Assembly: GCA_965261345.1 (NCBI GenBank)
Contig: OZ253449.1
Span: 416,001-480,000, forward strand
DNA length: 64,000 bases
Source: Chloroflexota bacterium
GTDB lineage: Bacteria > Chloroflexota > UBA11872 > VXNJ01
Direction of reading: 5' to 3'
Each line of letters begins with the position of its first letter. Positions within the stretch are counted from its first letter, which is position 1. Position numbers and translations under genes: made by a program. Below, piece after piece: positions 29,003-47,123 of the stretch. The notes under the pieces were generated by a model. It made no database searches. It saw nothing but the letters and a program-made list of their open reading frames with translations, and was not told the DNA's origin.

Positions 29003-29281
29003 CTAGGCAACCACGACCTCGCCGGCCGATTCGGCCAGCGGTTTGCTTAGCACTTCACGCAGCCGCCAGCGCTTGCGCGCCGAGAGCGGCCGACTTTCCT
29101 CGATGACCACCCGGTCGCCGGTCTTTGAGGAGTTGTCGGCGTCATGGACCATGTATCGCTTGCGCCGTTTTACCTGTTTGCCATAGAGCGGGTGACGCAC
29201 CAGGCGTATATGCTCCACGACGCGCGACTTGTCCATCGCATCGGAAATTACGATACAGCGCAAACGCCTCTTGTTAGCCAA
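29003..29281 (-). CDS. rpsQ: 30S ribosomal protein S17
   Basis: SDAMDK, HPLYGK, HD, GDRV and ESRPLSARKRW. Confidence 0.96.
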   Translation of the reverse strand: MANKRRLRCIVISDAMDKSRVVEHIRLVRHPLYGKQVKRRKRYMVHDADNSSKTGDRVVIEESRPLSARKRWRLREVLSKPLAESAGEVVVA

Positions 29282-29283
29282 TG

Positions 29284-29496
29284 TCAGTCGCTTTCGGTGC
29301 CGGTGGCGGCGAGATTGGCGCCGAGCACCGTAAGCATGCGCGCAATTTCCTTGCGCGCCTTGCGGATTTGCGAGTTGTCCTCGAGTTGGTGGGTGGCCAC
29401 GCTAACCCGAAGACGGAAAAGGTCCTCGCGCCGACCGGCGATCGCGGTCTGCAATTCCAGCGCGCTCATTGCGCGGTACTGCTCTAGATCAGCCAA
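29284..29496 (-). CDS. rpmC: 50S ribosomal protein L29
   Basis: LFRLR and IRKARKEIARMLT, plus position in the S10 operon. Confidence 0.94.
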   Translation of the reverse strand: MADLEQYRAMSALELQTAIAGRREDLFRLRVSVATHQLEDNSQIRKARKEIARMLTVLGANLAATGTESD

Positions 29497-29914
29497 CTAT
29501 GAACTCCTCGGTGCGGCTCAGGATACGAGCGGCAATCGGCAACTTGTTGGACGCCAATTCCAGCGCTCGCGTGGCCACTTCCGATTCCACGCCAGAAATC
29601 TCAAAGAGGATTCGACCGGGTTTGATAGGGGCAACCCATTTTTCAGTAGCACCCTTACCGCCGCCCATCCGGGTTTCGATCGGCTTGGACGAAACCGGTT
29701 TGTCGGGAAAAATGCAGATCCACACCCTACCCTGACGACGCATGTGCCCGGTAAGAACCCGGCGTGCGGCCTCGATCTGGCGTGAATCCATGAACCCGCG
29801 TTCGGTTGCTTGAAGGCCCCAATCGCCATGCTGGACGAAATTGCCGCGCGTGGCCAACCCGCGGTTCTTGCCGCGCATTCGCTTTTGGTATTTGAGGCGC
29901 TTGGGCATCAACAT
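29489..29914 (-). CDS. rplP: 50S ribosomal protein L16
   Basis: MLMPKR, RQIEAAR, FPDKP, RMGGGKG and KLP. Start moved to ATG 29914. Confidence 0.97.
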   Translation of the reverse strand: MLMPKRLKYQKRMRGKNRGLATRGNFVQHGDWGLQATERGFMDSRQIEAARRVLTGHMRRQGRVWICIFPDKPVSSKPIETRMGGGKGATEKWVAPIKPGRILFEISGVESEVATRALELASNKLPIAARILSRTEEFIVG

Positions 29915-29919
29915 CGTAT

Positions 29920-30654
29920 TTAGCGCTCCAGGCCGGCCGGCAATACGTCGCCCATGCCAGATCGCGCCGAACGCGAGGCGCGCTGGGCGCGTCCACCACG
30001 ATGCACCCACGCCTTCACACCGATCGCTCCATAGGTGGTGTGGGCCACGGTCTGGCCATAGTCGATATCTGCGGTAAGGGTTTGCAGCGGAACCCGGCCT
30101 TCGATCTCGTATTCGGTGCGGGCCATCTCACGGCCGCCGAGGCGGCCGGCAACCTGAATCTTGGCACCCTCGGCCCAAGCCCGCAGACAGCGTTCGGCGG
30201 CCGATTTCATCGCCCGCCGGAACGAAACTCGGCGCTCAATCTGGTCGGCGACTGATCGGGCCACCAGATAGGCGTCAAGATCCGGAGAAGTTATTTCGGT
30301 AACATCAACATCTATCCGCTTGCCGATTTGCTTGGAAAGTGCGCCCTGCAGCGCTTCGCGGTTGGAACCGCCGCGTCCGATGACAACCCCGGGGCGAGAC
30401 GTGTGGATATTCACCCGCACCGAGTCTTGGACCCGGCGAATCATGATGCGCGAGACTCCGGCGCTGTAGGTGCGACGGCGCCCCCCGCGGTCTTCCGGTT
30501 GGCCTGGCGGATTCTTCAGCCAGGTCCGAACGAAGTCGCGGATGTGAGCGTCCTCGATTACCAGTTCTCCGAAATTGCGGTCCGCGTACCACTGGCTATC
30601 CCAGCTGCGGAAATTTCCCAGTCGAAACCCGACCGGGTGAACTTTGCGGCCCAT
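29920..30654 (-). CDS. rpsC: 30S ribosomal protein S3
   Basis: MGRKVHPVGFRLG, RPGVVIG, GRLGG and VPLQTL. Confidence 0.97.
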   Translation of the reverse strand: MGRKVHPVGFRLGNFRSWDSQWYADRNFGELVIEDAHIRDFVRTWLKNPPGQPEDRGGRRRTYSAGVSRIMIRRVQDSVRVNIHTSRPGVVIGRGGSNREALQGALSKQIGKRIDVDVTEITSPDLDAYLVARSVADQIERRVSFRRAMKSAAERCLRAWAEGAKIQVAGRLGGREMARTEYEIEGRVPLQTLTADIDYGQTVAHTTYGAIGVKAWVHRGGRAQRASRSARSGMGDVLPAGLER

Positions 30655-30656
30655 TG

Positions 30657-30995
30657 TTAGTCCTCGCGCTCGTCGACGATTACGGTGATGTGGCTCATGC
30701 GGTGGCGGTAAAAACCGGCCCGTCCGCGCGACTTTGCCCGCATTCGGCGAAGTCGTGGCCCTTCGTCGACAAAGGCCCGGGTCACATAGAGCCTGGCAGG
30801 GTCCAGGCCGTAGTTGTTTTCAGCGTTGGCGACTGCCGACTTGATTGTTTTGGCAACCATCATTGCTGAACGGTTGGGAAGGTAGGTCAACAGCGCAAAA
30901 GCCTCGGGAATGTTTAGCCCTTTTACCTGCTCGGTCAGCAATCGGGCTTTGCGCGGTGCCACGCGCAGGAACTTGGTGGTGGAGGTTACTTCCAT
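30657..30995 (-). CDS. rplV: 50S ribosomal protein L22
   Basis: PRKAR, SAVANAENN, VDEGP and SHITV. Confidence 0.97.
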   Translation of the reverse strand: MEVTSTTKFLRVAPRKARLLTEQVKGLNIPEAFALLTYLPNRSAMMVAKTIKSAVANAENNYGLDPARLYVTRAFVDEGPRLRRMRAKSRGRAGFYRHRMSHITVIVDERED

Positions 30996-31010
30996 TGGTA
31001 TCAGCCCGAA

Positions 31011-31289
31011 CTAGCGCCCGGTGCGGGCGCGTGACCCCGAATGCCCGCGAAATACGCGGGTAGGAGCGAACTCGCCAAGTTTGTGGCCAACCATGTTCTC
31101 GGTCACATAGATCGGGACGTGCCGCCTCCCATCGTGGACGGCGATGGTGTGGCCGACCATTTCCGGAAAGATCGTCGAACGCCGGCTCCAAGTGCGAAGC
31201 ACCCTTTTTACGCCGCGGCGATCCAGAGACCTTACCCGGCGCAATAGCTTGCGGTCGGCGTAGGGGCCCTTTTTCAATGACCTTGGCAT
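31011..31289 (-). CDS. rpsS: 30S ribosomal protein S19
   Basis: [15 protein letters not shown] and [13 protein letters not shown]. Confidence 0.98.
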   Translation of the reverse strand: MPRSLKKGPYADRKLLRRVRSLDRRGVKRVLRTWSRRSTIFPEMVGHTIAVHDGRRHVPIYVTENMVGHKLGEFAPTRVFRGHSGSRARTGR

Positions 31290-31312
31290 ATCAGTTTGCC
31301 TTCATCCCTTGT

Positions 31313-32146
31313 TTAACGGCGCGTTCGGCGACGGCGCAGGATCAACTTGTCGCTGCGACGCCTGCCGATTCTGGTTTTTCGCCCCATCGCCGATTTGCCC
31401 CAGGGAGTCTTCGGTGGCATCCCGGTGGGGGCTTTGCCCTCACCGCCGCCATGCGGGTGATCCTTGGGGTTCATCGCCGAACCACGCACGCTCGGTCGGC
31501 GTCCCCGATGTCGGGATCGTCCCGCTTTGCCGAGCGATTGGTTCGAATGATCTTCGTTGCCAGAGCGACCAATTGTCGCAATACAGGCGCAACTGACCAA
31601 CCGCATCTCGCCAGACGGCATTCGCAGGGTGGCCATCCCGCGGTCCTTGGCCAATACCTGGAGGAAGGTTCCGGCCGAGCGGGCCAACTGGGCACCGCGA
31701 CCAGGTGTTAGCTCAACGCAGTGGACGACCGTACCGTCAGGTATGTTCTCCAATGCCAAGGCGTTGCCTAGGGTCAACCTTGAACCGGGGCCGGACTGGA
31801 TTGTGGCCCCAGGGGCCAGGCCGGCCGGGGCGATTATGTAGCGTTTGGCGCCATCGACGTAGTGGAGTAAGGCCAAGTTTGCTGACCGATTGGGATCGTA
31901 TTCGATCTGGGCCACCTTGGCCGGTATTCCGAATTTGTCGCGCTTCCAGTCAATCTCGCGCAGGTTGCGCTTGTGTCCGCCGCCCTGGTGCCGGACCGTA
32001 ATCCGACCAAGATTATTCCGGCCGGCACGCCGTTTGCGCGGTTTGGTTAGTTTTTTTTCCGGACGCGAGCGGGTCAGGCCCGAAAAATCCACCGAGGCGT
32101 ACTCGCGCCGCCCGGGGGACGTGGGTCGATAGGTTTTTATCGGCAT
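31313..32146 (-). CDS. rplB: 50S ribosomal protein L2
   Basis: [24 protein letters not shown] and [13 protein letters not shown]. Start moved to ATG 32146. Confidence 0.98.
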   Translation of the reverse strand: MPIKTYRPTSPGRREYASVDFSGLTRSRPEKKLTKPRKRRAGRNNLGRITVRHQGGGHKRNLREIDWKRDKFGIPAKVAQIEYDPNRSANLALLHYVDGAKRYIIAPAGLAPGATIQSGPGSRLTLGNALALENIPDGTVVHCVELTPGRGAQLARSAGTFLQVLAKDRGMATLRMPSGEMRLVSCACIATIGRSGNEDHSNQSLGKAGRSRHRGRRPSVRGSAMNPKDHPHGGGEGKAPTGMPPKTPWGKSAMGRKTRIGRRRSDKLILRRRRTRR

Positions 32147-32168
32147 CTTGGTTGACGATCCGTCTCTT

Positions 32169-32450
32169 CTAGGCGCCGAACATGTCGATGCGATCGGTCT
32201 CGACCAGCGTGACGATCGCCTTTTTCCAGTCCTTGGTGCGGCCGGTGTGGCGCCCGAAACGGCGACTGTGGCCACGCTGCTGGGTCACGTTGACCTTGGC
32301 GACCTTCACCTGGAACAATAACTCGACCGCCTGCCTGATTTCAATCTTGTTGGCCGCCGAATTGACGCGGAACACATACTTGTTTTGCTCGGCCAAATAG
32401 GTCGACTTCTCAGTCACCACCGGTGCCAACAACACTGCTGAAAGTTCCAT
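32169..32450 (-). CDS. rplW: 50S ribosomal protein L23
   Basis: PVVTEKS, ANKIEI and WKKAIVTL. Confidence 0.97.
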   Translation of the reverse strand: MELSAVLLAPVVTEKSTYLAEQNKYVFRVNSAANKIEIRQAVELLFQVKVAKVNVTQQRGHSRRFGRHTGRTKDWKKAIVTLVETDRIDMFGA

Positions 32451-32453
32451 GAT

Positions 32454-33101
32454 CTAAATCCGAGTTTCGACTAACGCGCTCAGCGCGGCCGGCGAGAAAA
32501 CAAGGGTCTTGGCAAACAGGACTTCGTAGGTCGAAATCGTATCGACTCGGACCACCGACAGATTGGGAATATTCGCAGCTGAGCGAAGCAGTGAGGCGTT
32601 GGGCTCCGAATCGACCAGCACAACTCTGCCGGTAAGTCCGGCGGCTGCCAGCCAGGTCGCCCGGGTCCGGGTGCGACCGTCGCCTAGGTCTAGCGGGTCG
32701 GCCCCGCAAACTCCCGCGTTGCGGGCTTGCAACGCGAACGCTTGCGCGAAAGCCGTCCGTCGTTCGCGACGCGACAGGTTCTGCGAGCGGTTGAATGCCT
32801 GCGGTGCAAACGCCACCCCACCGCCGCGCCAGATCGGCGAGCGGATCGAGCCGTGGCGAGCGCGACCGGTACCCTTTTGTCGCCACGGTTTGCGACCGCC
32901 GCCCCTGACCTGGGATCGTGAAAGGGTTGACCGATTGCCTTGGGCGCGGTTGATTTCGTGGTCGGCGACCGCCCGTTTGAGCAGGTATTTGTTGACCTTG
33001 CAGTCGAGCAGGGCCGCCGGCAACGGCAGAGTTTCCCTGGTCTGGTTCCCGTCGGATCCGATAACCCGAATCGCCAACGGCGGATTTGCGCTATCGTTCA
33101 T
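32454..33101 (-). CDS. rplD: 50S ribosomal protein L4
   Basis: [31 protein letters not shown]. Confidence 0.97.
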   Translation of the reverse strand: MNDSANPPLAIRVIGSDGNQTRETLPLPAALLDCKVNKYLLKRAVADHEINRAQGNRSTLSRSQVRGGGRKPWRQKGTGRARHGSIRSPIWRGGGVAFAPQAFNRSQNLSRRERRTAFAQAFALQARNAGVCGADPLDLGDGRTRTRATWLAAAGLTGRVVLVDSEPNASLLRSAANIPNLSVVRVDTISTYEVLFAKTLVFSPAALSALVETRI

Positions 33102-33104
33102 CGG

Positions 33105-33731
33105 TTAACCGACCGCCTCTATGGCCACCAGGCCGCCGTTCGGACCGGGAACCGGACCGCCAATTAACAGCAGGTTGCGTTCACGATCGACTCGGACCAA
33201 TCGCGCCCGCGATAGGGTCGTCTTCTGGCCGCCCGATCGGCCGGCCATTTTTTTGCCTTTAAAGACTCGCCCCGGATTGGTGCCCGCGCCGACCGAACCG
33301 GGTGCCCGTTCGCGGTCGGATTGTCCGTGGGTGCGGCGCCCACCGCGGAAACCGTGCCGTTTCATCACCCCAGTGAAACCGTGGCCTTTGCTGATTCCCG
33401 ACACCCGCACTCGACCGGCGTCGGCAATCTCCGCCACCGTGATTTGCTGGCCACGCTCGTAACCGGCGATCTGATCACTGGGAACCCGAAATTCGCGCAG
33501 ATGGCGAAAGGTGCCCAAGTCGCCCAGATGCCCCACTTCACCACCGGCGAGACGGTCCTGGCGAGTGGCGCCAAACGCCAACTGGATGGCATCATATCCA
33601 TCGGTTGCGGTGGACTTTACCTGGGCGACAACACACGGCCCGGCGCGCACCACGGTCACCGGGATGAATCGACCGGACTCATCATAGGTGTGGGTCATAC
33701 CCAGCTTGGTCCCAAGCAGCGCGGTTGTCAT
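33105..33731 (-). CDS. rplC: 50S ribosomal protein L3
   Basis: KLGMT, DGYDAIQ, SKGHGFTGVMKRH, THG and RAPGS. Confidence 0.97.
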   Translation of the reverse strand: MTTALLGTKLGMTHTYDESGRFIPVTVVRAGPCVVAQVKSTATDGYDAIQLAFGATRQDRLAGGEVGHLGDLGTFRHLREFRVPSDQIAGYERGQQITVAEIADAGRVRVSGISKGHGFTGVMKRHGFRGGRRTHGQSDRERAPGSVGAGTNPGRVFKGKKMAGRSGGQKTTLSRARLVRVDRERNLLLIGGPVPGPNGGLVAIEAVG

Positions 33732-33738
33732 CGTCAGG

Positions 33739-34098
33739 TTACGACTTCATCTCAATGTCGACACCGGCCGGCAAGTCCAGGCTCAGCAGGGCGTCCATCG
33801 TCTCTTGGTTGGGGTCGGAGACAAAGATCACTCGTCGGTGGGTGCGCATTTCAAATTGTTCACGCGAGTCTTTGTCGATGAACGGCGAGCGAATCACTGT
33901 CCACTTGTTCTTGGTCGTCGGCAATGGGACCGCGGTTACGGTGGCACCACTGCGTCGCACGCTGTCGAGAATTCGGTGGACCGACTGATCTAGCACCCGA
34001 TGATCGTAGGCGTTGAGGCGGATTCGGAAGCGTTGCTGCCGCGGTTGACTCCGCCGCCGCGGCGCATTCCGTCGTCTGGTTCTAGTACGCTGTGCCAC
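33739..34098 (-). CDS. rpsJ: 30S ribosomal protein S10 with Arg-rich N-terminal extension
   Basis: [31 protein letters not shown] and [10 protein letters not shown]. Confidence 0.97.
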   Translation of the reverse strand: MAQRTRTRRRNAPRRRSQPRQQRFRIRLNAYDHRVLDQSVHRILDSVRRSGATVTAVPLPTTKNKWTVIRSPFIDKDSREQFEMRTHRRVIFVSDPNQETMDALLSLDLPAGVDIEMKS

Positions 34099-34134
34099 GA
34101 TTGTTGCCCTTACCGCCGAATGAAGTCGCGAGGA

Positions 34135-35337
34135 CTACTTGATGATCTCGGTCACTGAACCGGCGCCGACGGTGACCCCACCCTCGCGGATGGCAAACCG
34201 CACGCCGCGTTCCAGGGCGATCGGAGTTATCAGGTTGACTTCCATTTCGACGTTGTCACCGGGAACTACCATTTCGGTTCCCTCAGGCAGCTTGATTTCC
34301 CCGGTAACGTCGGTAGTACGGATGTAAAACTGCGGACGATAACCGTGGAAGAACGGGGTGTGACGCCCGCCCTCCTGGCGCGAGAGCACGTATACCTCGG
34401 CCTTGAATTCATTGTGCGGAGTGATCGATTTCGGCTTTGCCAACACTTGCCCGCGCTCGACGTTATCGCGTTCAATCCCGCGCAGGAGGCAGCCGACGTT
34501 ATCCCCGGCCTGGCCTTCGTCAAGAGTTTTGCGGAACATTTCGACCCCGGTAACGACGACGCCTTCGCGTCCGTGGCCCAAGCCAACTATGTCGATTCGC
34601 TCACCAGTTTGAATCATTCCGCGTTCGATACGGCCAGTTACCACGGTACCACGCCCCTTGATCCCGAATACATCCTCGACCGGCATCAGGAAGTCCTGTT
34701 CGGTCGGGCGCGGCGGTGCCGGGATGTGGTTGTCGACGGCGTCAAGGAGTTCTCGAATGCCAGCGTAGTCATCATGCCCGATGTCGGTGGCGTCGGATTC
34801 GAGCGCCGACAACGCGGATCCGCGAATTACCGGCACGTTGTCACCGTCAAAGTCGCGCTCGGTGAGCAGGTCGCGAACTTCTAGTTCGACCAGTTCGATC
34901 AGTTCCTCGTCGTCGACGAGATCGCATTTATTGAGGAAAACAACCATCGAGGGCACCTCGACCTGGCGGGCCAGGAGAACGTGCTCACGGGTCTGTGGCA
35001 TCGGTCCATCGGGAGCCGAAACGACCAGGATCGCCCCGTCCATCTGGGCGGCGCCGGTAATCATGTTCTTGATGTAGTCGGCGTGGCCGGGACAGTCGAC
35101 GTGGGCGTAGTGGCGAGCCTCGGTCTGGTATTCGACGTGCTGGATGGCGATAGTTATGCCACGCGCCTTCTCTTCAGGTGCGTTGTCGATAGATTCAAAC
35201 GGGCGGAAGTCAGCGCCGCCGGTCAGCGCCAGCGTCTTTGTGATCGCTGCCGTGAGCGTCGTCTTGCCGTGGTCGATGTGACCAATCGTGCCGATGTTGA
35301 CATGCGGCTTGGTGCGCTCAAATTTCTGTCGTGCCAT
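34135..35337 (-). CDS. tuf: Elongation factor Tu
   Basis: [25 protein letters not shown] and NKCD. Start moved to ATG 35337. Confidence 0.99.
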   Translation of the reverse strand: MARQKFERTKPHVNIGTIGHIDHGKTTLTAAITKTLALTGGADFRPFESIDNAPEEKARGITIAIQHVEYQTEARHYAHVDCPGHADYIKNMITGAAQMDGAILVVSAPDGPMPQTREHVLLARQVEVPSMVVFLNKCDLVDDEELIELVELEVRDLLTERDFDGDNVPVIRGSALSALESDATDIGHDDYAGIRELLDAVDNHIPAPPRPTEQDFLMPVEDVFGIKGRGTVVTGRIERGMIQTGERIDIVGLGHGREGVVVTGVEMFRKTLDEGQAGDNVGCLLRGIERDNVERGQVLAKPKSITPHNEFKAEVYVLSRQEGGRHTPFFHGYRPQFYIRTTDVTGEIKLPEGTEMVVPGDNVEMEVNLITPIALERGVRFAIREGGVTVGAGSVTEIIK

Positions 35338-35428
35338 ATTTGATCTGCCCCTTGGAGCTGATACTTCGAAAAGTTTTAGGTGGTTGCCAGTTGGCTGTTG
35401 ATTGGATTTGGTAGTTACGGATTGGGAT

Positions 35429-37486
35429 TTAGGTGCGGGCCGTGGCCAGGGTGCCGGCGTTGACTGGTTCGTAGCGGGCAAATTCCATTGAGAAGGTGCC
35501 GCGCCCTTGGGTCTGCGAACGCAATTCGCTAGCGTAGCCGAACATTCCAGCCAGCGGTATGTCGGCCTCGATTAGAACTTCCGATCCATCGCTGTCGGCA
35601 CGACGAATAGCGCCCCGCTTGGATGCAAGGTTTCCGATGATTTCTCCCATATATGTATCCGGCGCGCGGATTTCAAGTTCCATGATTGGTTCAAGCGCCA
35701 CCGCGGATGCGCGCTCGTAGGCATTGCGAACGGCGATGGCGGCGGCAATCCGGAAAGCGATTTCCGAAGAGTCGACCGCGTGGTAAGAACCGTCGATAAC
35801 TCTGGTGTGCACGCCGGTCATTTGATAGCCGTGCGGCCCCTCGGTCATGGCGTCGCCGACGCCCTGCTGCACGGCGGCCATGAATTCTAAGGGAATTGAA
35901 CCACCCACGACTCGGCTTTGATAGGTGTTCTCGCCGCCCTCGGGGCGCGGCTCAATCTCCAGGACGACATGGCCGTATTGGCCGCGGCCACCACTCTGGC
36001 GAACAAATTTCCCGACTCCAGTCGCCGCCCGCCGGATGGTTTCGCGGTAGGCGACCTGCGGGGCCCCGACCGAGGATCGGACCGAGAACTCGCGAAGGAG
36101 CCGGTCAATGATCACTTCCAGGTGAAGCTCACCCATCCCGGCGATCAGGGTCTGGCCGGTTTCCTGGTCGGAGGTAACCCGGAACGTTGGATCCTCGTCG
36201 GCCAGGCGAACCAGCGCCGAGGAGAGTTTGTCCTGGTCGGCCCGACTTGCCGGCTCGACCGCGACCTTTACGACTGGCTCGGGGAAATTGATCGATTCAA
36301 GAACGACTGGATTGTTCCGGTCGCACATCGTATCGCCGGTGAAGGTGTCCTTAAGGCCAATGATCGCCCCGATCTGGCCAGCTTCAAGTCCACTATCCAA
36401 CTGCTCGCGCTTGTCGGCGTGCATGCGCAGGATACGCCCCACCCGTTCACGCGATTTGCGGGTGGAATTAAAGATGTAACTGCCGGGGTTGATCTGTCCG
36501 GAATAGACCCGCACGTAAGTTAGTCGACCGGAGAACGGGTCGGTGGTCACTTTGAAAGCAAGGGCCGCCGTAGGGGCACCGGTATCCGGAGGGCACTTGA
36601 TCGGTTCGCCGGTCTTTGGGTGCTCTCCAGAAATGACTGGAACATCCAGCGGTGATGGCAGATAGTCAACGATCGAATCGATTACGGCCTCGATGCCCTT
36701 ATTGCGCAGCGCCGAACCGCAAAAGACCGGAATTGCCGAGTTGGCGATCGTGATTCGGCGCAACGCCGAACGCAGATCGTCGCTGGTCACTTCCTGGACC
36801 TCAAGGAATTTCTCAGCAATTTTCATGTCGAAGTCGGCAACTTCTTCGATCAGTCGCTCCCGGGCTGCGCCCGCCGCCGCGGCATATTCAGGATCGATCG
36901 CGGACACCTCGACGTGGCGGTCTCCATCGGCAACGAAATTTCGCTGCTTGAACGCGACTAGGTCGACCACCGCCCGAAATTCGTCTTCGATTCCGATCGG
37001 CATCTGACAGGAGATTGGATGGGCATTGAGTCGGTCGCGGATCATTGCCAACGTGCGCTCGAGACTCGCTCCGCGTCGATCCATCTTGTTGACCAGGGCA
37101 ATTCTCGGAACCGAGTATTTGTTGGCCTGTCGCCAGACGGTCTCCGACTGCGGCTGCACTCCGGCAACGGCGTCGAAGACGACCACCCCGCCATCTAGGA
37201 CCCGCAATGACCGCTCAACCTCGGCCGTAAAGTCGACGTGGCCCGGAGTGTCGATGATGTTGATCATGTGGTCGCGCCACTGGCAGGTGGTCGCGGCCGA
37301 TGTAATGGTTATTCCGCGCTCCCGTTCCTGGACCATCCAGTCCATCGTCGCCGCCCCCTCGTGAACCTCACCGGTACGGTGGATTCGCCCGGTATAAAGC
37401 AGGATTCGCTCGGTAACCGTGGTCTTTCCAGCATCGATATGGGCGATGACGCCGATATTGCGGGTACGGGCAAGTTGGGCCGACAA
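35429..37486 (-). CDS. fusA: Elongation factor G (canonical)
   Basis: [27 protein letters not shown] and GMGELHL. Confidence 0.98.
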   Translation of the reverse strand: MSAQLARTRNIGVIAHIDAGKTTVTERILLYTGRIHRTGEVHEGAATMDWMVQERERGITITSAATTCQWRDHMINIIDTPGHVDFTAEVERSLRVLDGGVVVFDAVAGVQPQSETVWRQANKYSVPRIALVNKMDRRGASLERTLAMIRDRLNAHPISCQMPIGIEDEFRAVVDLVAFKQRNFVADGDRHVEVSAIDPEYAAAAGAARERLIEEVADFDMKIAEKFLEVQEVTSDDLRSALRRITIANSAIPVFCGSALRNKGIEAVIDSIVDYLPSPLDVPVISGEHPKTGEPIKCPPDTGAPTAALAFKVTTDPFSGRLTYVRVYSGQINPGSYIFNSTRKSRERVGRILRMHADKREQLDSGLEAGQIGAIIGLKDTFTGDTMCDRNNPVVLESINFPEPVVKVAVEPASRADQDKLSSALVRLADEDPTFRVTSDQETGQTLIAGMGELHLEVIIDRLLREFSVRSSVGAPQVAYRETIRRAATGVGKFVRQSGGRGQYGHVVLEIEPRPEGGENTYQSRVVGGSIPLEFMAAVQQGVGDAMTEGPHGYQMTGVHTRVIDGSYHAVDSSEIAFRIAAAIAVRNAYERASAVALEPIMELEIRAPDTYMGEIIGNLASKRGAIRRADSDGSEVLIEADIPLAGMFGYASELRSQTQGRGTFSMEFARYEPVNAGTLATART

Positions 37487-37543
37487 ATGAAATAACCTAC
37501 GCAGCGGTTGGTTCGAAAGGGAGGAGGGTCTAGCGGGTAATTT

Positions 37544-38014
37544 CTACCAGCGGTAATGGGCGAAAGCTTTGTTAGCTTCGGCCATCCTGTGGCTCTCTTC
37601 ACGGCGCCGGACCGCTTGGCCTTCATGCCGGTACGCGTCAAGGATTTCACCGGCCAGTCGCCGGATCATCGTCTTCTCGCCGCGTCGTCGAGCAGCCCGA
37701 ACCAACCAGCGGGCAGCGAGGGAATAACGTCGCTCGCCGCGGATTTCAACTGGAACCTGGTAAGTTGCGCCGCCGACTCGCCGGGGCTTAACTTCCAACT
37801 GCGGCGTGGCGTTGCGCAGCGCCTGCTCGAAGACCTCGATCGGATTCTGGTTAATCCGTTCCTCGATCAGGTCAAAGGCGTCGTAGAGAATCCGACGAGC
37901 CAAGCTCTTTTTGCCGCGCGTCATAAGGACATTGATAAAGCGCGATACTGAGCGGTTGCCAAATTTAGGGTCCGGCAGAACCGGTCTGCGAGTCGGGCGG
38001 TTGCGACGGGGCAT
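37544..38014 (-). CDS. rpsG: 30S ribosomal protein S7
   Basis: [11 protein letters not shown] and [13 protein letters not shown]. Confidence 0.98.
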   Translation of the reverse strand: MPRRNRPTRRPVLPDPKFGNRSVSRFINVLMTRGKKSLARRILYDAFDLIEERINQNPIEVFEQALRNATPQLEVKPRRVGGATYQVPVEIRGERRYSLAARWLVRAARRRGEKTMIRRLAGEILDAYRHEGQAVRRREESHRMAEANKAFAHYRW

Positions 38015-38064
38015 CTTGGAGTCGGCTAGCGGTTGAAAATGACGTTGTAAATGGTAATGGAGTT

Positions 38065-38478
38065 TTAGACGTCGCGTTTGGAACCGTATTTTGAACGGCC
38101 CTGGCGTCGGTTTTCGACTCCGGTGGCGTCGTAAGCGCCACGCACGATGTGATAACGCACGCCAGGAAGGTCGCGAACGCGACCACCGCGCACCAGGACA
38201 ACTGAGTGCTCCTGGAGGGTGTGTCCCTCGCCAGGGATGTAGGCGAGCAGTTCCATACCGTTCGACAGCCTAACCCGGGCGACTTTACGCAAAGCTGAAT
38301 TCGGCTTTTTCGGCGTCACCGTACGAACCTGCACGCACACCCCACGTTTCTGGGGCGCCCCGCCGGTGCGAACCAAGCGTCGCTTGTTGGAGTTATAGGA
38401 GTAGTGCAGCGCCGGGGTCGTCACCTTGCGCCGGGGACTGCGTCGGCCCTTGCGGACCAATTGATTAATGGTGGGCAA
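38065..38478 (-). CDS. rpsL: 30S ribosomal protein S12
   Basis: [19 protein letters not shown] and [12 protein letters not shown]. Confidence 0.98.
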   Translation of the reverse strand: MPTINQLVRKGRRSPRRKVTTPALHYSYNSNKRRLVRTGGAPQKRGVCVQVRTVTPKKPNSALRKVARVRLSNGMELLAYIPGEGHTLQEHSVVLVRGGRVRDLPGVRYHIVRGAYDATGVENRRQGRSKYGSKRDV

Positions 38479-38558
38479 GGCAATACCTAAGGGCCGTCCA
38501 AATGGTGGGGATGCGGAACGAAAATCCGCCGGCCCGCCCTCTCGGGCAAGGCTCGCTC

Positions 38559-38567
38559 AGTATAGCA
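38559..38567 (-). promoter_or_regulatory. Candidate extended -10 promoter of the str/S10 transcript
   Basis: TGCTATACT (TG-n-TATACT) about 80 nt upstream of rpsL. Confidence 0.55.
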
Positions 38568-38598
38568 ATTTCCGGCATCGGCAACGCCCGGAGGCACC

Positions 38599-42963
<4,365 letters not shown>

Positions 42964-42981
42964 GTGTTTTCTCCTCTGACC

Positions 42982-46446
<3,465 letters not shown>

Positions 46447-46645
46447 ATGACGCACTCCAGGCTGAAAAGAGCCGGTTAATCGCAAATTGAGCGCGCACGT
46501 TGCTCAAGCGTGCAGGCAATGGGAATGGATTCAAAAAAGATCCATTGGACGACAAAATCCGAGCCGTTTATCCAATAACTTGGAACAACGACCTCGAAGG
46601 GTTCAAAAAGGGCGCTAAGAGCGACCTCCGCATTTCATTGTGGCA

Positions 46646-46654
46646 ATTTTAGCA
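46646..46654 (-). promoter_or_regulatory. Candidate extended -10 promoter for rpoBC
   Basis: TGCTAAAAT about 200 nt upstream of rpoB. Confidence 0.45.
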
Positions 46655-46729
46655 CCCCATCCGGCCTTGCGCTATGCGCATTTTCGAGTCGCTCCGGTTG
46701 GCGATCCGAAAGGGACAGACCGGGGAGGG

Positions 46730-47077
46730 CTAGCCCGGCGGCCAGGCCATTGGACGGCCGGCCAGGAGGTGTACGTGCAGATGCTCCACGGTCTGTAGGC
46801 CGTCGCGGCCCTGATTGATCACCAGCCGGTAGCCAGCTTCGTCGATCCCGCGGCTCCGGGCAAGATCGGTAAGTGCCCCGATCAGTTGCCCGGTGAGCAA
46901 TTCGTCAGACGCCCGCAGGTCGGCCGCGCCAGAGATGTGCCGCTTGGGAATCGCCAGCCAGTGGATTGGTGCAGCCGGGGCAATATCGGCAAATACGATC
47001 CAATCGCTTCCCTCGGACAGCACCGTTGACGGCAAATTACCGCCGACAATCTGGCAAAAAATGCATTCGGCGGTCAA
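46730..47077 (-). CDS. Histidine triad (HIT/Hint) nucleotide-binding protein
   Basis: CIFCQI, DIAPAAPIH, QTVEHLHVHLL and WPPG. TTG 47077 behind GGAGGA. Confidence 0.95.
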   Translation of the reverse strand: MTAECIFCQIVGGNLPSTVLSEGSDWIVFADIAPAAPIHWLAIPKRHISGAADLRASDELLTGQLIGALTDLARSRGIDEAGYRLVINQGRDGLQTVEHLHVHLLAGRPMAWPPG

Positions 47078-47123
47078 CTCGTCCTCCTGCCTGAAAGGCT
47101 GCAAGGTCTGTGCCCGGGCATTT

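Noticed and set aside
46486-46508. HAIR-like ATTGAGC-N9-GCTCAAG
   Set aside because: The spacer is 9 rather than 7 and the arms are imperfect. It is treated as an RNA hairpin instead.
46649-46675. CIRCE-like TTAGCACCC-N9-TTGCGCTAT upstream of rpoB
   Set aside because: The right arm matches only 5 of 9 positions. The left arm is explained by the extended -10 on the other strand, and the context is not a chaperone gene.
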